A DNA stretch of 64,000 bases from Minisyncoccota bacterium. GTDB lineage: Bacteria > Patescibacteriota > Minisyncoccia > Phycocordibacterales > UBA9973. Both the position numbers and the translations under genes were made by a program. Every line of letters starts with the position of its first letter. The stretch's first letter is position 1. The notes below the pieces were generated by a model. The model did not search any database and was not told where the DNA came from. It was given only the letters and a program-made list of their open reading frames with translations. The DNA lies in NCBI GenBank assembly GCA_035510575.1, contig DATKGV010000012.1, forward strand, positions 7,596 through 71,595, given 5' to 3'. This document shows, in pieces, positions 27,363 through 37,563 of this stretch.

Positions 27363-29030
27363 TTAATAAACTTCCTGTTGATAACACTTCTCGCAATATA
27401 TGGTTTCTGGTCGATCTGGAGAGTAGGTTGTCTCAAATTCATTCAAACAATCTTTTTTCATACACTTCCTATGCCAAAGCTTGATGGGATTTCTTTTGGA
27501 CATTCTTTCTTTGTGACGACATTCAAAATCTTTGTGAGGTGAAGGCAGATGCATTCTTTTATAAAAATCTAATTCTGCTTGTATTAGTCTGAAGTTCTTG
27601 TTGCATTCTTCACAGACCAAAATTTCATTTGTTAGATTATCTACAACATCCTCTGGCATATTTGGTATTTCACCTTTTTTAATAGTTTCTTTTCCATAAG
27701 TACCAGTCGCTTTATCTTGCCATTTGTATCCTCTTTTCATTGTTTCATCTTTATTAAGAGGAAAGAAGTCTTGAATTAGTGATTCATTATAAGCAAAAGG
27801 CGCAACTTCTGGCGGAAAGAATTGTCCAAATATGTCTTCTTTTTTGAATTGTTCCTCAATTTTTTCTTTTAAATTAAAATATTCTTCTTTTGAATATTCC
27901 TTGTTCAAGATCATATAGTTACCTTTTCTAATAGAAATACATCCTATGGCATTTGATAAATGGTGGCAATTATCACAATACTCAACTTCATTACAATAAA
28001 ACACAAAAGCTGAATTTTTAAGTCTACTACCTTCAAGAGCACCCATAATATTGTATCCGAATTCAGGTTTATAATAATAATTATTACAATCCCAACTATC
28101 TATTGGTTTTTCGGTATCTTTCATATAAGAACAATTTTTTGAATCATAAGTATCAAAGAGCATTACTCCTTCATGACAATTATGAAGATAGTCTCCGGTT
28201 ACATTATGACATTTTGTTTGTGTGGAAAATTTTACGATAGTTTCCTTTTTTAATTTTTCAAATTCTTTTTTGGCGTTTTCTATACTTTCATAATCTTTTA
28301 AAATTTCAGATTTTTTCTTATCATATTCTTCTTTACTATATTTAATATTAAAAATTGAATTAGATATATTCATTCCATTTACGCAGAAAATACAATTATT
28401 TGAATTGTGAGTGTTGTAACAGAATAACAAATCACTAGACGACTGACATTTTTCACAAAACATGCATTTAAAACATTTACGACTATCTATGCATTCATAA
28501 CATAATTCTGATTCATGAAGAAAGGCGCAGTCTACGCACTGCTTGTCTCTTTGCATTAGTCTCCCATATAGACAATCTTCATTATAATCAGAAGCGAAAA
28601 TCAGATAGCAATCTTTATTTTCAGCTGATCCATTTGTATAATCGCTTCTAACATTTTGTATAGCCACAAGACCAAGCCTAGGTACTTCAAGTTGTAATTC
28701 TCTATATTGTTCAAAAAAAGTTTTAGAAAAATCATAATCTTTTGCAAAACTTTTTGGATCCCAATCATCACTCCACCAACATTTACTACAATATACTTTA
28801 TATGGAGATTCTGGATCATAAAGTGTAATCATATCTTTTTTACATAAATCGCACGGTCTTTTATATAAGATTCTTTCGTTTCGAAAGAGTAGACGTCTAG
28901 CCATTCGGCATTCTGGACAATAAAGCGGTGAAGCTGTTTTCATTTGTTCATAAAAAACAAGGTCTTCAGGTCTAATAATGAAGTCTTGTTTGCAAGTCCG
29001 GCACACTTTTTTTTCTGATTGGTATTTCAT
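27363..29030 (-). CDS. Cys-rich multi-zinc-ribbon protein (paralog A) of a family I do not recognise, embedded in the polyamine operon.
   Basis: 555 aa with at least 10 CxxC pairs. N- and C-terminal modules resemble each other (CxxC..F.I...D..FY....P..CP.CR..R...RN...LYKR.C). Identical C-terminal YSPDRPExIYCEKCYQQEVY to the paralog at 48195..49982. Confidence 0.7.
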   Translation of the reverse strand: MKYQSEKKVCRTCKQDFIIRPEDLVFYEQMKTASPLYCPECRMARRLLFRNERILYKRPCDLCKKDMITLYDPESPYKVYCSKCWWSDDWDPKSFAKDYDFSKTFFEQYRELQLEVPRLGLVAIQNVRSDYTNGSAENKDCYLIFASDYNEDCLYGRLMQRDKQCVDCAFLHESELCYECIDSRKCFKCMFCEKCQSSSDLLFCYNTHNSNNCIFCVNGMNISNSIFNIKYSKEEYDKKKSEILKDYESIENAKKEFEKLKKETIVKFSTQTKCHNVTGDYLHNCHEGVMLFDTYDSKNCSYMKDTEKPIDSWDCNNYYYKPEFGYNIMGALEGSRLKNSAFVFYCNEVEYCDNCHHLSNAIGCISIRKGNYMILNKEYSKEEYFNLKEKIEEQFKKEDIFGQFFPPEVAPFAYNESLIQDFFPLNKDETMKRGYKWQDKATGTYGKETIKKGEIPNMPEDVVDNLTNEILVCEECNKNFRLIQAELDFYKRMHLPSPHKDFECRHKERMSKRNPIKLWHRKCMKKDCLNEFETTYSPDRPETIYCEKCYQQEVY

Positions 29031-30281
29031 TTAATAATCTTTTTTAAGCGCAGGTGGAACATCTTTAAGTTTTTTAACTGTCCAAGTTAATCCTGTCTTT
29101 GCCATTTCGTCCAAGAATATTTTTGAATCAAGCGATTCATCTTCAGTATTCTTGACTCCTGTGCCCTTCCATTTGCCTTGTAAGACAAGTTTGGCGCATG
29201 TAACCGTCGGAATGGCTGTAGTGTAGCCGATAGCATTGCCGCCGGTTTCCTTGAAAGCGCTCTCGTGGTCGCAGACATTATAAATGTAAACAACTTTTTT
29301 CTTGCCATCTTTGATGCCTGAAATAATATTGCCGATATTAGTCTTGCCTTTATAACTTTTATTGAAATCCTCGCCCTTTGGAAGTATGGCTTTCAAGAAT
29401 TTAACTGGAATAATGGATGTGCCTTGGTAATCTATAGGATCAATTCTGGTAAGCCCGACATTGTAAAGTACGCGCAAATAAGTCAAATATGTCGTTGAAA
29501 ATGTCATCCAAAAGCGAATTCTCTTCAAATCCGGCATGTGAGTCGGTATTGTCTCCATTTCTTCGTGATACATGAGATATGGGGTAAATCTGCCCGCTTC
29601 TGGAAAATCAAAATCAATATGCGAGGCATCTTCGTCGATAAGGCGCCCTCTCTCCTGCCATTTGCCGTTTTTCCAGAACTTAATCGGCAGGATTAGTTCG
29701 CGCAAATTTATTTCCGGGTCGAAATTCGGAGCAAATTTTATTTTCTTGTCTTTTGATCCGCCGTTGCAGTCCAATATGTCAATTGTGTAAACTTTATCAA
29801 AAAGATAATCGCGCGCGTAAGCCGAGAAAATATTTGAGACCCCAGGATCAAAACCGCAGCCGGTTATGGCAAGCAAATTTTTATTTTTAAAATCTTTGTC
29901 TTTGGCAAGCTGTTTGGCGTAAGAAAAGCCGTATTTATCCGGATGCTCATAGCAAGCGGTGTCTATATAGTTGACGCCATATTCCAAACAGGCATCCATG
30001 ACTTTCAAATTATCATAAGGACTTCCCCAATTTACGACAAGTCTGGGATTTACTTCTTTCAGAAGTTTCAGAAGGAATAAATCCTCGCTGACATCGCCCC
30101 GATGGATATGCAAATCCACTTTGCCGTTTGTTCTTTTTTTTATTGAATCCCTGACAGCTTCGCATTTGGCAAGCGTCCGCCCGACGACATGAATCTCGGA
30201 AAAAATATCCGGATATTGGGCCATCTTATGCAAGCCGACGCTGCCGACATTCCCGCATCCGATTACAAGTATTTTAGACAT
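29031..30281 (-). CDS. Carboxynorspermidine dehydrogenase/synthase (saccharopine dehydrogenase-like).
   Basis: N-terminal Rossmann ILVIGCGNVGS. SDH-like core. Stop abuts the start of paralog A. Confidence 0.8.
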   Translation of the reverse strand: MSKILVIGCGNVGSVGLHKMAQYPDIFSEIHVVGRTLAKCEAVRDSIKKRTNGKVDLHIHRGDVSEDLFLLKLLKEVNPRLVVNWGSPYDNLKVMDACLEYGVNYIDTACYEHPDKYGFSYAKQLAKDKDFKNKNLLAITGCGFDPGVSNIFSAYARDYLFDKVYTIDILDCNGGSKDKKIKFAPNFDPEINLRELILPIKFWKNGKWQERGRLIDEDASHIDFDFPEAGRFTPYLMYHEEMETIPTHMPDLKRIRFWMTFSTTYLTYLRVLYNVGLTRIDPIDYQGTSIIPVKFLKAILPKGEDFNKSYKGKTNIGNIISGIKDGKKKVVYIYNVCDHESAFKETGGNAIGYTTAIPTVTCAKLVLQGKWKGTGVKNTEDESLDSKIFLDEMAKTGLTWTVKKLKDVPPALKKDY

Positions 30282-30357
30282 AAAATAAGTTTACTATCGC
30301 CACCCCTATAAGTCAATAAATAATCTTTGATTTTCGGCTTAAATGTTATATATTTAA

Positions 30358-31680
30358 GTGGTTATGGCACGAAAAATTATAATAAATAAATTCGGCGGAG
30401 GAATACTGACTAAAAAATTCATTCCGTTGATTAAGGAGCGTTTGAATGAGCAAATAAAAGCAGGTTATATGCCTGTCATTGTCGTTTCAGCAATGCATGG
30501 AATTACTGATGAAATAATCAAGTTTCTAAATAATAAAAAAATATCAGATCAATCAATTAGAGTGTTTATAAAAAATCTTAGAGATATGCATGATCAAATA
30601 ATGGCAAATATGGGTGTTAAAGTTAATTTGCAAGAAATATTTTCTAAGTTAAGGACTGTCCTTGAGGAGGCCCTCTTAAGGACAGTCCTTGCACCCGCAG
30701 ACGAAGATGAAATAGTTTCTTATGGAGAGAAATTATCGGCAGCTATTTTAACTTCTTATTTAAGCGACCTTAAATTGCCGGTAAAGAAATATTTAGCAGA
30801 AGAAATACCTATAATAACTGATGATAATTTCAAGAATGCAAATATTTTATATAAGGAATCGGAAAAAAATGTTCAAAATAAATTTCTCAATTTAAAAGAA
30901 ATACCAATTATTCCAGGTTTTACCGGCATAACTAGAGACGGGCAAACTACGACGCTTGGCCGAGGAGGCACTGATACGACTGCTTGCTTCATCGGATCTG
31001 CTCTTCAAGCTCGCAATATAATTTTATGGAAAGACGTGGCAGGCGTGTTTTCAGCCGATCCTAAAATAGTTCCCAAGGCGCGCACAATACCGTATATAAG
31101 CTACAGAGAAGCCGAGGAATCCGGCAAAGTCATTCATGAAAAAGCCATTCAATATGTTAAAATGTTTAAAACCCCGATTGAAATAACTTATATCGCAAAT
31201 CCCAAATTAAAGACAAAAATTGGCAAAATTATGGATCAGCAAAAAGGCGCCAAGATAGTCAGCTTCAAAAAAGATCTGGCTCTGATTATTATTACTGATG
31301 AAACTGCAAAAATAACGGAGCTTCTATATGAGACGAGCCGAATTTTTTCCAAATACAAAGTTGATATGATACTTATCAGCAATACCCGTTACAGCTTGCA
31401 AATCGTGGCTGATAATAACAACGGATTGCTCGATAAAGTTATTGGCGAATTAAAAGGCAACTTTTCTAAAATTGAAATTTCCAAGGTTAACATGTTTTTC
31501 TTAGTCGGCAATTTTAACGTCAAAGATGTGAATGATTTCAATGATATTTTAATCAAGCATAAAACCGGCCTCCAAATCAGCGCCTTCCTTTATGAGAATT
31601 GCACTCGGCTTGAAGCAGTGGTTAAAAGTGATAAGGTTGAAGATATTATTAGAGTTCTATATAAGAAATTTATTAAATAA
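30358..31680 (+). CDS. lysC: Aspartate kinase.
   Basis: Amino-acid kinase N-terminus IINKFGGGIL. C-terminal ACT-like region. Contains an in-frame nested palindrome encoding LRTVLEEALLRTVLA. Confidence 0.85.
   Translation: MVMARKIIINKFGGGILTKKFIPLIKERLNEQIKAGYMPVIVVSAMHGITDEIIKFLNNKKISDQSIRVFIKNLRDMHDQIMANMGVKVNLQEIFSKLRTVLEEALLRTVLAPADEDEIVSYGEKLSAAILTSYLSDLKLPVKKYLAEEIPIITDDNFKNANILYKESEKNVQNKFLNLKEIPIIPGFTGITRDGQTTTLGRGGTDTTACFIGSALQARNIILWKDVAGVFSADPKIVPKARTIPYISYREAEESGKVIHEKAIQYVKMFKTPIEITYIANPKLKTKIGKIMDQQKGAKIVSFKKDLALIIITDETAKITELLYETSRIFSKYKVDMILISNTRYSLQIVADNNNGLLDKVIGELKGNFSKIEISKVNMFFLVGNFNVKDVNDFNDILIKHKTGLQISAFLYENCTRLEAVVKSDKVEDIIRVLYKKFIK
30650..30692. repeat. Nested palindromic insert in lysC (TAAGGACTGTCCTT-GAGGAGGCCCTCTT-AAGGACAGTCCTT).
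   Basis: Two self-complementary 13-mers, AAGGAC(T/A)GTCCTT, flanking a GC-rich core. Encodes the duplicated peptide LRTVL. Confidence 0.65.
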
Positions 31681-31681
31681 A

Positions 31682-32770
31682 ATGAAAATATTTAATGTTG
31701 GAATTCTTGGCGCTACGGGCATGGTCGGACAGAATTATATTCGCCTTCTGGAAAATCATCCGTGGTTTAAAGTTGTCTATCTGGCAGCTTCAGCCAATTC
31801 CGCCGGCTATAAATATCATGAGGCGGTTTCAAGCAGATGGCACATGGCATCGCCTATTCCAGCAGATGTGAAAAATATTATTGTAGAAGATGTGGCTAAT
31901 GTGGATAAAGCTAGAACAAAATGTGATTTTGTCTTTTCAGCTTTTGAACTTCCAGATAAAAAATTAGTCAAGGAAATAGAAGAGAAATATGCAAGCGTCG
32001 GACTGCCGGTCATATCTAATGCTTCTGCAAATAGAAATACTGATGATGTTCCAATGATTATTCCAGAAATTAATACTGAGCATTTGGAGATGATTCCAAT
32101 TCAGCAAAAAAATCACGGCTGGAAAAAAGGTTTTATAGTTGTGAAGCCGAATTGCAGCTTGCAAAGCTATCTTCTGCCGATTTTCGCCTTGATTCAGGCC
32201 GGTTATCCTGTTAAAAAAATACTTATTACCACTCTTCAAGCTGTTTCCGGAGCGGGCTATCCGGGAGTTGCAAGCTTGGATATTTTAGACAATGTTATAC
32301 CTTATATCGGCGGCGAGGAAGAAAAAACCGAAAACGAACCGCTGAAAATTTTAGGCCAGATTAAAAGCAAAAAGTTTGTTAATGCCGAAGATATTGCAAT
32401 CTCAGCGACTTGTACAAGAGTGCCGGTATCCGACGGTCATTTGGCAGCAGTCAATATTTTATTCGGGGCAAGCAAACCAACTAAAGAAGAAATAATAAAA
32501 ATTTGGACAGAATTTAAATCTTTACCACAAAATTTGAAACTGCCTTTTGCTCCTAAAAACCCGATAATTTATCTTGAAGAAGAAAATCGTCCACAACCGA
32601 AATATGATCGTGACACAGATAAAGGCATGGCTGTAACTGTCGGACGCTTAAGAGATTGCAGTATATTCGACTATAAGTTCGTATCTTTAAGCCATAATAC
32701 CGTTCGCGGAGCCGCCGGAGGAGGAATCCTAAACGCCGAACTTTTAGTTAAAAAGGGGTATATAAAATAG
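31682..32770 (+). CDS. asd: Aspartate-semialdehyde dehydrogenase.
   Basis: N-terminus VGILGATGMVGQ. Catalytic Cys region KPNCSL. Start taken at MKIFNVG, immediately after the lysC stop. Confidence 0.85.
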   Translation: MKIFNVGILGATGMVGQNYIRLLENHPWFKVVYLAASANSAGYKYHEAVSSRWHMASPIPADVKNIIVEDVANVDKARTKCDFVFSAFELPDKKLVKEIEEKYASVGLPVISNASANRNTDDVPMIIPEINTEHLEMIPIQQKNHGWKKGFIVVKPNCSLQSYLLPIFALIQAGYPVKKILITTLQAVSGAGYPGVASLDILDNVIPYIGGEEEKTENEPLKILGQIKSKKFVNAEDIAISATCTRVPVSDGHLAAVNILFGASKPTKEEIIKIWTEFKSLPQNLKLPFAPKNPIIYLEEENRPQPKYDRDTDKGMAVTVGRLRDCSIFDYKFVSLSHNTVRGAAGGGILNAELLVKKGYIK

Positions 32771-34153
32771 TTACCAGCCGAATTCTTTGCCGACATCATC
32801 TGGAGTTTCTCTTTTGCTAGCCACAACAATATGTCCATTCTCGACAATAATTTTCATTGGAGAAGAAAGCATGCAGTGTTTAGCTGCCAGAGAATCTTCA
32901 TAAGCTCCTGTATCATAAACAACAAGATACATTGACTCGTTGCCGCCATTAACATCAAAATCTGGCAACATTATTACTCCATTTTTACCCTTATAGACAT
33001 CATCTGAATCGCAGCTAGATCCTGCCAGCCAAACTTCAGTTAAATTATTATCATTTTTATTGTTTACTGGAGAAAGCGCCCATTTTTGTTCTATGGCCCA
33101 CGTATCAAGAAGGTCGTTCATAAAACTGCCATCTATCACATACCACTTCTTAGCTGGACATTTTTTATAATTAATAATTTTTGTGTCTATTATTTTAAAT
33201 ACTGTAATTTGCGCTGGCGCTACCATGTATCTGCCCCACTCGCAAATTAGATTAGGATGAGGAACTCCCCTTTTTTCAGATTCTCGTTTGAGCAGTTCTA
33301 AAATTTTTTCCATTAATTTATCTGTCGAATAACCTTTAGTTCTTGTATATGGTATGGGCATGCCGCCTCCAATATCCAGAGTATCAAGAGATGGATTCTT
33401 TTCTTTTAATTTAAAATATACATCAAGGGCATATTTAATAGGAACAATAACATCAGATAATTTTTCTATTTGTGATCCTATATGATAGTGAATAATTTTC
33501 AAATTCTTAAATGATTCCATTTTGAGAATTTCTTTTGCTGAAAATCCGAAACGATCAATCGGCTTATTCCAATAAGAACTGGTTTTTACCGGCATATCAA
33601 GCCGGAGGCCGACGTCAAATTTAGAATATTGAAATGGTTTGAGTTCGTTCGGCCCCTCGATTATCGGAATTATTTTTAATCCCCGATGCTGAAGCTCATC
33701 TATCAGATTTATATATTTATCAGTTTTTGGACCGCTGCAAAGAACGCGAATGTTTGGATTGAAAGTTTCTTGTTCAAGCATTTTCTTCACTAGCCATAAT
33801 TCATTATAGGAAGAAGTTTCCAAGTGTGCTCCTTCGCCAACTATGGACATAACAACTTCTTTGGTTTGATTAACTTTCATCGGATAATGATAATAAAACT
33901 TGCCTTTATATCCCAACTTTTTCGACAGCATAACAGTCAAATCAAGCATATCTTCTATTCGCTCTTCAATCACAAAAGGCATCAAAATTTCTAGTGATGT
34001 TCCAAACTTCTCCGCCAAGTAGCGGACGTTGTATATATTATGGCCTTCTTTGATTATTAAATCCCCTTCATTATTGAAATCAAAATATTGAGTGTTGAAA
34101 TCATTTATGCCGAGCTTCCATAATTTTCTGGAAGCGATTGAACGTTTATTCAT
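32771..34153 (-). CDS. PLP-dependent fold III decarboxylase, arginine/ornithine decarboxylase-like.
   Basis: PLP-lysine region YPMKVNQ. LDIGGGMP. CEWGRYMVAPA (EPGR-like). SSCDSDD. Confidence 0.65.
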   Translation of the reverse strand: MNKRSIASRKLWKLGINDFNTQYFDFNNEGDLIIKEGHNIYNVRYLAEKFGTSLEILMPFVIEERIEDMLDLTVMLSKKLGYKGKFYYHYPMKVNQTKEVVMSIVGEGAHLETSSYNELWLVKKMLEQETFNPNIRVLCSGPKTDKYINLIDELQHRGLKIIPIIEGPNELKPFQYSKFDVGLRLDMPVKTSSYWNKPIDRFGFSAKEILKMESFKNLKIIHYHIGSQIEKLSDVIVPIKYALDVYFKLKEKNPSLDTLDIGGGMPIPYTRTKGYSTDKLMEKILELLKRESEKRGVPHPNLICEWGRYMVAPAQITVFKIIDTKIINYKKCPAKKWYVIDGSFMNDLLDTWAIEQKWALSPVNNKNDNNLTEVWLAGSSCDSDDVYKGKNGVIMLPDFDVNGGNESMYLVVYDTGAYEDSLAAKHCMLSSPMKIIVENGHIVVASKRETPDDVGKEFGW

Positions 34154-34238
34154 CTCTTTGCATCAAGCAATTTTTTTTCTGCCTGTGATAAATAATAATA
34201 AAAACAATTGTATCAAAAATTACAAATATGTAAAGCTT

Positions 34239-35342
34239 TTACAGCCCTTCCGCTTTCAATTTTTCCACTATGTCTCTCGCGCTGCGCGACAATTTTGCCG
34301 GCATCTTGATAATTATGCGAAGAATGATGTCGCCTCGGCCGCGACTGGACGGGACTCCTTTGCCTCTTACGCGCAGCATTTCGCCATTATTAATGCCTTC
34401 GGGTATTTTTACTTCTACCACATTGCCTTCAAGGGTCTTCAGATTGTAAGCCATGCCCATAAGAGCATCAGTAAGCTTAATCGGCAGATCCATGGTTAAG
34501 TTTAAACCATCACGCTTAAAAACGGGATGTGGTTCCACATTTATTTTAATATATAAGTCGCCCGATGTTCCATCTTGCACCGCTTCGCCGCTTCCGGTTA
34601 TGCGGACCATTTCGCCGTTATTAATTCCAGCCGGGATATTTACGCTTATCTCTTCATCTTTCTTATAGACGCCGCTGCCGTGGCATTGAGGACACTTCTC
34701 AGACGGAATTTTGCCTTTGCCTCGGCAGGTCTCGCATGTCTTGACGCTTGAAAAACTCCCAAGAATCGATTGCCTGATTTCGCTGACTTGGCCGCTGCCG
34801 TTGCAGGTCTTGCAAGTATTCATTTTTGATCCCGGTTTTGCGCCGGTGCCTTTGCAGACATCGCAGACAGATTGCTTATTGATAAATATCTTGCGAGTCG
34901 CGCCGAAAATCGAGTCCTTGAACGGCAGATTGATTTCAGTCGATATGTCTCTGCCTCGGCGGGCGCTTTGCTTGCTTCGTTTCATGCTGCCACCAAAAAA
35001 ATCGCCGAAAATATCGCCAAGATCTCCCATATCAAATTCTACGCCTCCATTCTGGCCGGTGAAATCAAAACCGCTGAAACCGCCTTGCTGATATCCTTGT
35101 TGCGCTCCGCCATAACCTCCTCCGTTAAAAGATGGACCTTCCGATCCGAATCTGTCGTATTGCGCGCGCTTTTGATCATCTGAAAGCGTCTGATAGGCCT
35201 CATTGACTTCCTTGAACTTCTTATCGTCTCCTTTATTCTTATCAGGATGATATTTATGCGCCATCTTATGAAAGGCCTTCTTGATTTCATCTTTCGAAGC
35301 AGTTTTATTTACACCAAGTGTATTGTAGTAATCTTTAGGCAT
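34239..35342 (-). CDS. dnaJ: Chaperone DnaJ.
   Basis: J domain with HPD (HKYHPDKN). Gly-rich linker. Four CxxCxGxG zinc-finger repeats. Confidence 0.92.
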   Translation of the reverse strand: MPKDYYNTLGVNKTASKDEIKKAFHKMAHKYHPDKNKGDDKKFKEVNEAYQTLSDDQKRAQYDRFGSEGPSFNGGGYGGAQQGYQQGGFSGFDFTGQNGGVEFDMGDLGDIFGDFFGGSMKRSKQSARRGRDISTEINLPFKDSIFGATRKIFINKQSVCDVCKGTGAKPGSKMNTCKTCNGSGQVSEIRQSILGSFSSVKTCETCRGKGKIPSEKCPQCHGSGVYKKDEEISVNIPAGINNGEMVRITGSGEAVQDGTSGDLYIKINVEPHPVFKRDGLNLTMDLPIKLTDALMGMAYNLKTLEGNVVEVKIPEGINNGEMLRVRGKGVPSSRGRGDIILRIIIKMPAKLSRSARDIVEKLKAEGL

Positions 35343-35409
35343 GTGATTTGTTTCGTAATAACTTGTCCCGTAGTGAGCTTTGCTCTACTATGGGATCTTT
35401 GGCCATGAA

Positions 35410-37302
35410 TTATTTCTTCTCTGGATTTTCGTTTACTTCAGCGTCTTTGATTTCTTCGCCTTGAGCTTCTGGAGTTGCTGGTGCGCCTTCTTGCGGAGCG
35501 TTCTTGCTCATAGCTTCGCCAATTTTTGAAACTTCAGTTGTAAGAGCTTCGAGTGCAGTTTTAATTGCTTGCAAGTCAGTGCCGTCTTTGGCTTTCTTCA
35601 CATCGGCAATTTTGCCTTCTACGCTTGTCTTAAGTTCAGTCGGAATTTTATCGCCGTATTCTTTAAGCGATTTTTCAGATGAAAAGATTATCATTTCCGC
35701 CGTATTTTTCTCATCAACCAATTCCTTCTTCTTGGCATCCTCATCAGCATGAGCTTCGGCGTCATCTTTCATTTTCTTTATATCGGCATCAGTAAGACCA
35801 GATGAGGCCTCAATGCGGATTGATTGCTCCTTACCCGAAGCTTTATCTTTAGCTTTAACATTTAAGATTCCGTTGGCATCAACATCAAAAGTCACTTCTA
35901 TCTGCGGCATGCCTCGAGGGGCCGGCGGAATGCCATCTAGAATAAACCTGCCGAGTGACTTATTATCGGATGCCATCGGGCGCTCGCCTTGCGTAATATG
36001 AATTTCCACGGATGTCTGATTATCAGCGGCAGTTGAGAACACTTGGCTCTTTGAGTTTGGAATTGTCGTATTGCGTTCAATAAGCTTGGTAGCCACTCCG
36101 CCAAGCGTTTCAATGCCGAGCGATAGCGGTATGACGTCAAGAAGAAGGACATCTTTAACATCGCCTTGAAGGACTCCAGCTTGAACAGCCGCGCCGAGCG
36201 CCACAACTTCATCCGGATTAATGGAACGGTTCGGCTCTTTGCCGTTGAACAATTTCTTGACTTCTTCAACAATTTTAGGCATGCGCGTCTGTCCGCCAAC
36301 CATGATAATTTCATTAATTTCATTCATCTTGAACGGCGAGACCTCCATTGCGCGCTTTGAAATCTCTATCGATCTCGTAATATATTCTTCAGCTAGCGAC
36401 TCAAGCGTGGCGCGAGTCATTTTCATAAGAAGATGCTTCGGGCCCGATGCATCGGATGTGATAAACGGAATATTAATTTCTGTTTCCGGCGTGGTTGAAA
36501 GTTCAATCTTGGCTTTTTCAGCGGCTTCATCAAGGCGCTGAAGCGCCAGCGGATCTTTAGTGACATCTATGCCTGATTCTTTTTTATATTCAGCCGCAAT
36601 CCAATTGATTATTTTCTGATCTATATCACGGCCTCCCATGTGCGAGTCGCCGTCGGTGGATTTCACTTCTATAACATCGTCTGAGACCTCAAGCACGGAA
36701 ATATCAAATGTTCCGCCTCCGAAATCGTACACAACTATCTTTTCATTTTTCTTGGTATTAAATCCATAAGCAAGAGCGGCCGCTGTCGGCTCATTTATAA
36801 TTCTCTTTACATCGAGACCGGCAATTGCTCCGGCATCTTTGGTGGCTTTTCTTTGCGCGTCATTGAAATATGCTGGCACGGTAATAATAGCTTCAGTGAT
36901 TTTCTCGCCAAGCTTGGCTTCAACATCGGTCTTAATCTTTGAGAGAATCATGGCTGAAATCTCTTCCGGACGATACCATTTATTGCCGATATTCACTTCA
37001 ACTCCGCCGTCAGTTCCTTTCTGAATTTTGAACGGCGCCGTTTTTTGCGATTTCTGGATTTCCGGATCGTCAAACATGTGGCCCATGAATCGCTTGATGC
37101 CGTAAATAGTATTCTGCGGATTTGTCACCGCCTGGCGCTTGGCAAGCAAACCGACAAGGCGATCGCCATTCTTGGCAATTGCGACAATCGACGGAGTTGT
37201 TCGTCCGCCTTCAATATTTTCTATAATCTTCGGCTGCCCTCCTTCTATAATCGCAACCGCGCTATTTGTTGTACCCAAGTCAATACCAATTATTTTTGAC
37301 AT
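35410..37302 (-). CDS. dnaK: Chaperone DnaK (Hsp70).
   Basis: [21 protein letters not shown]. Start taken at MSKIIGID. An in-frame ATG 15 nt upstream is also possible. Confidence 0.92.
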   Translation of the reverse strand: MSKIIGIDLGTTNSAVAIIEGGQPKIIENIEGGRTTPSIVAIAKNGDRLVGLLAKRQAVTNPQNTIYGIKRFMGHMFDDPEIQKSQKTAPFKIQKGTDGGVEVNIGNKWYRPEEISAMILSKIKTDVEAKLGEKITEAIITVPAYFNDAQRKATKDAGAIAGLDVKRIINEPTAAALAYGFNTKKNEKIVVYDFGGGTFDISVLEVSDDVIEVKSTDGDSHMGGRDIDQKIINWIAAEYKKESGIDVTKDPLALQRLDEAAEKAKIELSTTPETEINIPFITSDASGPKHLLMKMTRATLESLAEEYITRSIEISKRAMEVSPFKMNEINEIIMVGGQTRMPKIVEEVKKLFNGKEPNRSINPDEVVALGAAVQAGVLQGDVKDVLLLDVIPLSLGIETLGGVATKLIERNTTIPNSKSQVFSTAADNQTSVEIHITQGERPMASDNKSLGRFILDGIPPAPRGMPQIEVTFDVDANGILNVKAKDKASGKEQSIRIEASSGLTDADIKKMKDDAEAHADEDAKKKELVDEKNTAEMIIFSSEKSLKEYGDKIPTELKTSVEGKIADVKKAKDGTDLQAIKTALEALTTEVSKIGEAMSKNAPQEGAPATPEAQGEEIKDAEVNENPEKK

Positions 37303-37335
37303 ATATTTGTTTAGCATAGCAAATTATTTATTTCT

Positions 37336-37369
37336 GAATGGTCTGGTGAGAAAGTCCGAGGACCTGAAG
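37336..37369. repeat. Repeat family B, copy 1 (TGAATGGTCTGGTGAGAAAGTCCGAGGACCTGAA), in the dnaK 5' leader.
   Basis: A second copy at 50198-50231 is identical at 32 of 34 positions. Confidence 0.75.
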
Positions 37370-37423
37370 AAATATATAATTTGCGAAGCGTTTTTAATTA
37401 ATAATTTTTAATTTATAGAAGCA

Positions 37424-37451
37424 TTATATACTACTCTTTTATTTTTGACAA
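37424..37451 (-). promoter_or_regulatory. Sigma70-type promoter for dnaK: -35 TTGTCA, 16-bp spacer, -10 TATAAT.
   Basis: Minus-strand reading gives cTTGTCAaaaataaaagagtagtaTATAATg, about 100 nt upstream of the dnaK ATG. Confidence 0.6.
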
Positions 37452-37483
37452 GTATTTCGTGGTCGCGAGATACTTGTATATTG
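37445..37483 (+). promoter_or_regulatory. Divergent promoter for the regulator gene: -35 TTGACA with an extended -10 TGtTATATT. It overlaps the inverted repeat ACAAGTAT-N14-ATACTTGT (37448-37477).
   Basis: The -35 hexamers of both promoters share the near-palindromic TTGACAA. A second IR, ATGTCAA-N14-TTGACAT, lies at 37509-37536 in the leader. Confidence 0.45.
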
Positions 37484-37563
37484 GTAATATAATTGATAAT
37501 ATATGGGCATGTCAACCCCGTAGTAGATTTTGACATTTAAAAGGGGTTTTCATTATAAAATAT

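Noticed and set aside
31592-31680. A 30-codon N-terminal extension of asd overlapping the lysC 3' end.
   Set aside because: Canonical Asd N-terminal Rossmann MKIFNVGILGATG starts right after the lysC stop. The extension has no homology and overlaps lysC.
37318-37563. A CIRCE (TTAGCACTC-N9-GAGTGCTAA) or HAIR element upstream of dnaK.
   Set aside because: I looked for one but none is present. TTAGCATAGC near the dnaK start is not a CIRCE half-site pair. A different inverted repeat is reported instead.
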